Below are positions 58,287-64,000 of a DNA stretch of 64,000 bases, in pieces. The first letter of the stretch is position 1, and every line of letters begins with the position of its first letter. The notes beneath the pieces are model-generated. The model was given only the letters and a program-made list of their open reading frames with translations, did not search any database and had not been told where the DNA came from. A program made the translations under genes and the position numbers. Origin of the DNA: Muribaculaceae bacterium (GTDB taxonomy: Bacteria > Bacteroidota > Bacteroidia > Bacteroidales > Muribaculaceae); contig JAFTRI010000019.1 of the NCBI GenBank assembly GCA_017462345.1, positions 27,896 to 91,895 on the forward strand, written 5' to 3'.

Positions 58287-58475
58287 TGGATTGTGAGTGT
58301 CAACCCGGTTATTTTTTGCTGAAATAGAGTCAAATTTTATCAAAATTGCGAGCAGGATTGCCGCTAATTGAAAAAAAAGTGCGATATTTGCAGTTGCAAA
58401 AAATCAAGCGGCATACTGGTGCTGCCTAAGATATTGCAAATCAACGAAATTACTAATTTAATAGAAATAAAGAAA

Positions 58476-58748
58476 ATGACTAAAGCCGACATTGTAAACG
58501 AAATTTCAAAGACTACCGGCATTGAAAAAGCCAATGTACTCGAAACAATCGAGAAGTTCATGGAAATCGTAAAGGATTCACTTGCGCATGGCGAAAATGT
58601 GTACCTGAGAGGTTTCGGTAGCTTTATCGTAAAGGTTCGTTCAGAAAAGACTGCACGTAACATCTCAAAGAATACCACAATCATTATCCCCGAGCACAAG
58701 ATCCCCGCATTCAAGCCGGCCAAGGTGTTCATGGAAGAGGTGAAGTAA
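58476..58748 (+). CDS. HU-family DNA-binding protein
   Basis: The 90-aa sequence MTKADIVNEISKTTGIEKANV…LRGFGSF…RNISKNTTIIIPEHKIPAFKP is a typical HU/IHF fold sequence. I set the start at 58476. Confidence 0.92.
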   Translation: MTKADIVNEISKTTGIEKANVLETIEKFMEIVKDSLAHGENVYLRGFGSFIVKVRSEKTARNISKNTTIIIPEHKIPAFKPAKVFMEEVK

Positions 58749-58792
58749 GATAACAAACACAATAATTATTAACCTGTAAATTAAGCGTAACA

Positions 58793-58882
58793 ATGCCAAG
58801 CGGAAAGAAAAGAAAAGGCCACAAGATGGCAACTCACAAGCGCAAAAAACGTCTGAGAAAGAACCGTCATAAGAAGAAATAA
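58793..58882 (+). CDS. 29-aa highly basic micro-protein, probably a small ribosomal protein (bS22-like)
   Basis: This ORF is not in the ORF track because it is shorter than 60 aa. The sequence ATG…TAA encodes MPSGKKRKGHKMATHKRKKRLRKNRHKKK. It lies between HU and RNase G and resembles the bS22/mS38 C-terminal pattern. Confidence 0.6.
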   Translation: MPSGKKRKGHKMATHKRKKRLRKNRHKKK

Positions 58883-58993
58883 ACTGTGACGTCTTTCTGA
58901 AAAAGAAACGCTATACGGAGAACAAACTTGGTGCGGCACTCGATTTTCCTCATTAAAGTTTGTTCTTTGTGTATCAAATGAGATTCAAATAAG

Positions 58994-60625
58994 ATGACAA
59001 GTGAACTGATTGTTGATGTACAGCCCACCGAGGTCTCTATAGCCTTGCTGGAAGATTCCCGGCTCGTCTCGTTGCAGAAGGAGTCGCGGAATATCGCGTA
59101 TGCCGTGGGGGACATTTACCTTGCAAAAGTCAAGAAGCTGATGCCGGGACTGAATGCCGCCTTTGTCAACGTGGGCTACGAGAAGGACGCTTTTCTTCAT
59201 TATCTGGATCTTGGCTCCCAATATTCATCATACGCTTCATTCCTGAAGCAGGCTTTAGAGGATCGCAAGCGTATCCCTTCGGTGTCGAAAATGAAACTGT
59301 TGCCCGATATCGATAAGCACGGAGTCATTTCCGATGCACTCACTCCCGGGCAGGAACTTATGGTGCAGATTGTCAAGGAGCCCATATCATCCAAGGGCCC
59401 GCGTCTGACAACCGAGATAACTTTTACCGGAAGGTATCTTGTGCTGATTCCTTTCAGTGACAAGATTTCCATCTCCCAAAAAATCAAGACTACCGAGGAG
59501 AAACTGCGTCTGCGTCAGCTCATAGAGAGTATCAAGCCGAAAAATTTCGGTGTTATTGTGCGTACATCGGCCGAGGGAAAGCGTGTGGCTGAACTCAATC
59601 ACGAGCTTAAGACGCTGCTGCGATGCTGGGAAGATGCTGTAATAAAGGCTCAGCGGTCAACTGCTCCGTCGTTGATATTCGAGGAGGAGAGCCGCATAGT
59701 GGGTGTGCTCCGGGATATTTTTACCCCCTCGTTTGAATGTATCTATGTTAATGATGCCGAGATTCACAGCCAAATCTTGAAGTATGTCACACTAATCGCT
59801 CCCGAATGCCGGGAGAATGTGCGGCTTTATGACAAGGATGAACCTATCTTTGACCATTTCAATATCACAAAGCAGATCAAGTCGTCATTTGGCAAAACGG
59901 TCTCGTTCAAGTCGGGTGCGTATATAATTATCGAGCATACCGAGGCGTTGCATGTAATAGATGTCAATTCGGGCAATCGCTCAAAAGCGTCCAATGACCA
60001 GGAAAGTAATGCATTGGAGGTGAACCTGCGTGCTGCCGATGAAATTGCCCGCCAGCTGCGGCTGCGTGATATGGGCGGAATTATCGTTATCGACTTTATC
60101 GATATGAACAAGGCAGAGCACCGTCAGGCACTCTATGACCACATGCGAGAGATTATGGCCAATGACCGGGCCCGGCACAATATATTGCCGTTGAGTAAGT
60201 TCGGGCTGATGCAGATAACCCGTCAACGTGTGCGTCCTGCACTCGATATAGTGGTGACAGAGGCTTGTCCGTCATGTTACGGAAAGGGCGAGGTCCAGCC
60301 GTCATTGTTGTTTACCGATACGCTAAAGGAGAAAATTGAGTATCTTGTAAATTCCCTCAAGATAAAGGGTTTTGTGATATATGTACACCCGTTTGTGGAT
60401 GCGTATCTGAAAAAGGGCATATTGTCAACCTACCGTCGCTGGCGGATGGAGTATGGACGCAAGTTCCGTATTCTGCCAGACCAGTCTCTTGCCTACTTGC
60501 AATACAGGGTAGTTGACGGAGACCGTAATGAAATAGACTTACAGGAGGAGAAGGATATGGATTCCTCCTCGTCAAAGACCAAATCCAAGGCCAAGAACAG
60601 AAATAATGAGGAACAGGCCGTTTAG
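58994..60625 (+). CDS. rng: Rne/Rng-family ribonuclease (RNase G/E)
   Basis: An N-terminal S1 domain (…VGDIYLAKVKKLMPGLNAAFVNVG…) is followed by the catalytic motif ALHVIDVNSGN and the Zn-link-like CPSCYGKG. Confidence 0.92.
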   Translation: MTSELIVDVQPTEVSIALLEDSRLVSLQKESRNIAYAVGDIYLAKVKKLMPGLNAAFVNVGYEKDAFLHYLDLGSQYSSYASFLKQALEDRKRIPSVSKMKLLPDIDKHGVISDALTPGQELMVQIVKEPISSKGPRLTTEITFTGRYLVLIPFSDKISISQKIKTTEEKLRLRQLIESIKPKNFGVIVRTSAEGKRVAELNHELKTLLRCWEDAVIKAQRSTAPSLIFEEESRIVGVLRDIFTPSFECIYVNDAEIHSQILKYVTLIAPECRENVRLYDKDEPIFDHFNITKQIKSSFGKTVSFKSGAYIIIEHTEALHVIDVNSGNRSKASNDQESNALEVNLRAADEIARQLRLRDMGGIIVIDFIDMNKAEHRQALYDHMREIMANDRARHNILPLSKFGLMQITRQRVRPALDIVVTEACPSCYGKGEVQPSLLFTDTLKEKIEYLVNSLKIKGFVIYVHPFVDAYLKKGILSTYRRWRMEYGRKFRILPDQSLAYLQYRVVDGDRNEIDLQEEKDMDSSSSKTKSKAKNRNNEEQAV

Positions 60626-60653
60626 CAGCCTGCAATTTCCAAATGTATTCGGA

Positions 60654-60696
60654 GAGGTGTGTCAAACGGAAGACTGACACATCTCTTTCCTTTTAT
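60654..60696 (+). terminator. intrinsic terminator after the RNase G gene
   Basis: An 11-bp stem (one G-U pair) spans 60654-60664 / 60675-60685 with a 10-nt loop. It is followed by TTTCCTTTTAT. Confidence 0.7.
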
Positions 60697-60808
60697 ATGC
60701 CCCCTGAGAAGAAGTCGGTAAAAGCCGTTGCCCTCCTTTCCGGACTCTTTCCGATGATGGTCGGGAAATTTTAGTGACGGATCGGCTTGTGGTTTAGAAA
60801 ATTATGCG

Positions 60809-60816
60809 TAACTTTG
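60809..60816 (+). promoter_or_regulatory. -7 promoter box TAACTTTG for rpsA
   Basis: A perfect TAnnTTTG lies 62 nt upstream of the ATG at 60879. Confidence 0.5.
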
Positions 60817-60878
60817 CCCGCTGATGTCGGGGCGGAGATCCCCGGCTTATTAATTAACCTATTTATTAACCTATTTAA

Positions 60879-62657
60879 ATGACTGAATTAAAAAATTCAC
60901 CCGTCGAAGATTTCGATTGGGAAGCCTACGAAAAAGGCGAATCACATGGAGAGAAAACCCGTGAAGAGTTAACCAAGACTTATGACGAATCTCTCAACAC
61001 CGTTAAGGACAAAGAAGTAATCGAAGGTACTATCATCGCGCTTAACAAGCGTGAGGCTGTAGTTAACATCGGCTACAAGAGCGACGGTATTATTCCTATG
61101 AGCGAATTCCGCTATAACCCCGAAATCAAGATCGGTGATGTTGTAGAGGTTTTCATCGAAAATCAGGAGGACCGTAAAGGTCAGCTTATCCTCTCTCACA
61201 AGAAAGCTCGTGCAACCCGTTCATGGGATCGCGTAAACGAAGCGCTTGAAAATGATGAAATCATCAAGGGTTACATCAAGTGCCGCACTAAGGGTGGTAT
61301 GATTGTGGATGTGTTCGGAATCGAAGCGTTCCTTCCCGGTTCACAGATCGATGTCAAGCCCATCCGTGACTACGATATTTTCGTGGGCAAGACCATGGAA
61401 TTCAAGGTTGTTAAGATCAATCAGGAGTTCAAGAATGTCGTTGTTTCCCATAAGGCACTTATTGAAGCCGAACTTGAACAGCAGAAGCGTGATATCATCG
61501 CTAAGCTCGAAAAGGGTCAGGTACTTGAGGGAACAGTCAAGAATATTACCAGCTACGGTGTGTTTATCGACCTTGGCGGTGTAGATGGTCTTATCCACAT
61601 CACAGACCTTTCATGGGGTCGTGTCAATCATCCGGAAGAGGTTGTCAGCCTTGACCAGAAGCTCAATGTGGTTATCCTCGACTTCGATGATGAGAAAAAA
61701 CGTATCGCCCTCGGTCTCAAGCAGCTTCAGCCCCATCCCTGGGATGCTCTCGATGCAGACCTTAAAGTCGGAGACAAGGTTAAGGGTAAGGTTGTCGTTA
61801 TGGCCGATTACGGTGCATTCATTGAAATCGCTCCGGGCGTAGAAGGACTTATCCACGTATCGGAAATGTCTTGGTCACAGCATCTGCGTTCAGCTCAGGA
61901 CTTCATGAAAGTAGGCGATGAAATCGAGGCTGTAATTCTTACCCTCGACCGCGATGAACGCAAGATGTCTCTCGGAATCAAACAGTTGAAAGATGATCCT
62001 TGGGAAAATATCGAGACCAAGTATCCTATCGGCAGCCAGCACACCGCAAAAGTGCGTAACTTTACTAACTTTGGTGTATTTGTTGAAATCGAAGAAGGTG
62101 TTGACGGTCTCATCCACATTTCAGATCTTTCTTGGACAAAGAAAATCAAGCATCCGTCGGAATTCACTCAGATCGGAGCGGACATCGAGGTGCAGGTTCT
62201 TGAAATCGACAAGGACAACCGTCGCTTGAGCCTCGGTCACAAGCAGCTTGAAGAAAACCCGTGGGATGTATTTGAAACAGTGTTCACTCTTGGCAGCATC
62301 CATGAGGGCACTATCATCGAAATGCTCGATAAGGGAGCTGTAATCGCTCTTCCCTACGGTGTCGAAGGTTTTGCAACACCTAAGCATCTTGTAAAGGAAG
62401 ACGGTTCACAGGCTCAGGTGGATGAAAAACTTAACTTCAAGGTAATCGAGTTCAACAAGGATTCAAAACGCATTATACTTTCTCACAGCCGTATTTTTGA
62501 AGATGAGGCTAAAGCTGAAAAGGCTGAAGTCAAGAAAGCAAAGCGTTCAACCAAGAAGGCAGAAGATGCTCCGGCAATGTCTACTCCTATCGAGAAGACT
62601 ACACTCGGTGACCTTGAGGAGCTTGCTGCTCTCAAGGAGAAACTCTCAGGTAAATAA
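60879..62657 (+). CDS. rpsA: 30S ribosomal protein S1
   Basis: 592 aa with six S1 (OB-fold) repeats (…GTIIALNKREAVVNIGYKSDG…, …GYIKCRTKGGMIVDVFGIEAFLP…, …GTVKNITSYGVFIDLGGVDGLIH… and others). Confidence 0.96.
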   Translation: MTELKNSPVEDFDWEAYEKGESHGEKTREELTKTYDESLNTVKDKEVIEGTIIALNKREAVVNIGYKSDGIIPMSEFRYNPEIKIGDVVEVFIENQEDRKGQLILSHKKARATRSWDRVNEALENDEIIKGYIKCRTKGGMIVDVFGIEAFLPGSQIDVKPIRDYDIFVGKTMEFKVVKINQEFKNVVVSHKALIEAELEQQKRDIIAKLEKGQVLEGTVKNITSYGVFIDLGGVDGLIHITDLSWGRVNHPEEVVSLDQKLNVVILDFDDEKKRIALGLKQLQPHPWDALDADLKVGDKVKGKVVVMADYGAFIEIAPGVEGLIHVSEMSWSQHLRSAQDFMKVGDEIEAVILTLDRDERKMSLGIKQLKDDPWENIETKYPIGSQHTAKVRNFTNFGVFVEIEEGVDGLIHISDLSWTKKIKHPSEFTQIGADIEVQVLEIDKDNRRLSLGHKQLEENPWDVFETVFTLGSIHEGTIIEMLDKGAVIALPYGVEGFATPKHLVKEDGSQAQVDEKLNFKVIEFNKDSKRIILSHSRIFEDEAKAEKAEVKKAKRSTKKAEDAPAMSTPIEKTTLGDLEELAALKEKLSGK

Positions 62658-62686
62658 TCATTTCTGGTTATACGATCTATCACTTC

Positions 62687-62722
62687 GGTGCTGTCCCGGA
62701 CTGGGACGGCACCTGTTTTTTT
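62687..62722 (+). terminator. intrinsic terminator after rpsA
   Basis: The stem GGTGCTGTCCC / GGGACGGCACC (11 bp, one G-U pair) is followed by TGTTTTTTT. Confidence 0.8.
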
Positions 62723-62951
62723 GACGGGACGGATACCGGTGAAGAGATATGGGAAACATAGCTTCCGCTTATCAAAAGGCGTGTCAAAACAAAGGAATTG
62801 ACAATGTTATGGAGTTACGGGACAGTTACTTGTCTTAGGGCAGTGCAGCGAAGTGAGGGGGTGGATAAACTGAATTTTACCAGATCCTTCCATTTAATTG
62901 GAAAGCGAATGCAATAAATCCGGGATTTTTCAGTTATTTATAGAGTAGCTA

Positions 62952-62959
62952 TATTTTTG
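62952..62959 (+). promoter_or_regulatory. -7 promoter box TATTTTTG for porV
   Basis: A perfect TAnnTTTG lies 13 nt upstream of the ATG at 62972. Confidence 0.45.
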
Positions 62960-62971
62960 ATACACCGATAT

Positions 62972-64000
62972 ATGAATAAATTACTGAAAACATTTACGAT
63001 AGCAGTGGCATTGATTGTAGCAATGCCTACATTTGCCGAAGATACAGGTAAAAATGAATTTAACCCAGTCCAGACGGGTACTACCTCGCTAAGTATCGCG
63101 CCTGATGCACGCGGAGCAGCGATGGGCGATCTCGGTGTGGCTACAGAGGCCGATGCCAATTCCCAGTACTGGAATCCGTCAAAGTATGCTTTCGCTTATA
63201 GTAAAGCCGCTGTGGCACTGAGCTATACTCCATGGTTACGTAAACTTGTCAATGACATATTCCTTGCCAATGTGGCCGGATATTGGAAGATAGGCAGTGG
63301 GGACAATCAGGCGATAAGTGCGTCATTGCGCTACTTCTCGCTCGGAGAAGTGAACACTACAGACCAGTCGGGCGCAACATTGCAAAGCCTCAATCCATAC
63401 GAAATGGCTGTGGATCTGGGGTATTCGCGAAAATTGTCGGAAAAATTCTCCATGGGGGTTGTGTTCCGGTACATATATTCCGATCTCGGATTCTCTGATT
63501 CATACGCCGGCGACCAGCAATCGGGAGCATCGGCATTCTCGGCCGATATATCGGGATACTATACCACCTATCCTGTAATCGGACGTAATGAATGCCAATG
63601 GTCATGGGGATGGAATATCTCGAATGTGGGTACAAAAATTTCGTACAATAATGGGGAAGATCCGGCATTTCTGCCGACCAACCTGCGTCTTGGGACATCA
63701 TTCACATTTCCGCTCGCTGATTATCACAATCTTACCTTGTCGCTCGACTTGAACAAATTGCTTGTTCCTACGCGCCCCCGACAGATTGACTATGATGTTG
63801 ACGGTGATAACGAATATTCGGGAGAGGAGCAGGAGGCCTATATCAATGCTGTTGAGGATTGGGAGAACATGTCATCGATATCAGGTATCTTCAAATCGTT
63901 CTCTGATGCTCCTGGCGGGTTCAAAGAGGAATTGCGTGAAATAACCTATTCATTCGGTGCGGAATATACTTATAACCAGCAGTTTTTCCTCCGTGCAGGA
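62972..64000 (+). CDS. porV: T9SS outer-membrane protein PorV (LptO), 5' partial; it runs off the window
   Basis: This ORF is not in the ORF track because no stop lies inside the window. The frame is open for 343 codons. The signal peptide is MNKLLKTFTIAVALIVAMPTFA, followed by the PorV signature SLSIAPDARGAAMGDLGVATEADANSQYWNPSKYAF. Confidence 0.85.
   Translation, partial: MNKLLKTFTIAVALIVAMPTFAEDTGKNEFNPVQTGTTSLSIAPDARGAAMGDLGVATEADANSQYWNPSKYAFAYSKAAVALSYTPWLRKLVNDIFLANVAGYWKIGSGDNQAISASLRYFSLGEVNTTDQSGATLQSLNPYEMAVDLGYSRKLSEKFSMGVVFRYIYSDLGFSDSYAGDQQSGASAFSADISGYYTTYPVIGRNECQWSWGWNISNVGTKISYNNGEDPAFLPTNLRLGTSFTFPLADYHNLTLSLDLNKLLVPTRPRQIDYDVDGDNEYSGEEQEAYINAVEDWENMSSISGIFKSFSDAPGGFKEELREITYSFGAEYTYNQQFFLRAG

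Noticed and set aside
53275-58343. Long antisense ORFs lie opposite rnz, tadA and metH (for example 53275-54039, 53985-54578, 56082-56738, 56949-57500 and 57732-58343).
   Set aside because: They are shadow ORFs of strongly supported sense genes. Their translations are low-complexity, rich in R/S/H/P, and carry no motifs.

Overview
This 64-kb segment looks like a core-chromosome region of a Bacteroidales (Bacteroidota) genome, at roughly 50% GC by eye. The evidence is TAnnTTTG -7 promoter boxes 12-60 nt upstream of many starts with no Shine-Dalgarno sequences, many lipoprotein signals, two large proteins with T9SS C-terminal sorting domains, and a porV gene at the right edge. I can support about 50 protein genes, three tRNAs (Pro-CGG, Leu-CAG, Gly-CCC) and several strong hairpin terminators. 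Most genes are housekeeping: era/der, rfbC, frdCAB, aroB, lpxB, pnp, truA, speA, rnz, tadA, metH, HU, RNase G and rpsA. I see no rRNA, CRISPR array, transposase, integrase, reverse transcriptase or recognisable defence operon, and no convincing novel multi-gene system. The points worth a second look are local:
- A perfect 33-bp tandem repeat lies on the promoter of a DUF4143-type AAA+ ATPase inside a low-GC two-gene islet.
- An acyltransferase-3 gene is broken by a 1-nt frameshift and an in-frame TGA.
- The fumarate reductase cytochrome b subunit carries a ~115-aa acidic C-terminal extension.
- A 1097-aa protein combines a GH73 glucosaminidase, a duplicated Ig/propeller module and a T9SS sorting domain.
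- A ~530-bp intergenic region is packed with REP-like hairpin repeats and has orphan promoter-like and terminator-like signals.
- A low-GC XRE / beta-barrel / lipoprotein islet sits next to tRNA-Pro.
- A lipoprotein has about 21 His residues.
- An orphan two-gene operon lies beside tRNA-Gly.
- An untracked 29-codon ORF resembles ribosomal protein bS22.

All protein calls come from motif recognition by eye, with no database search. Start codons were often moved inward from the ORF-track maximum.
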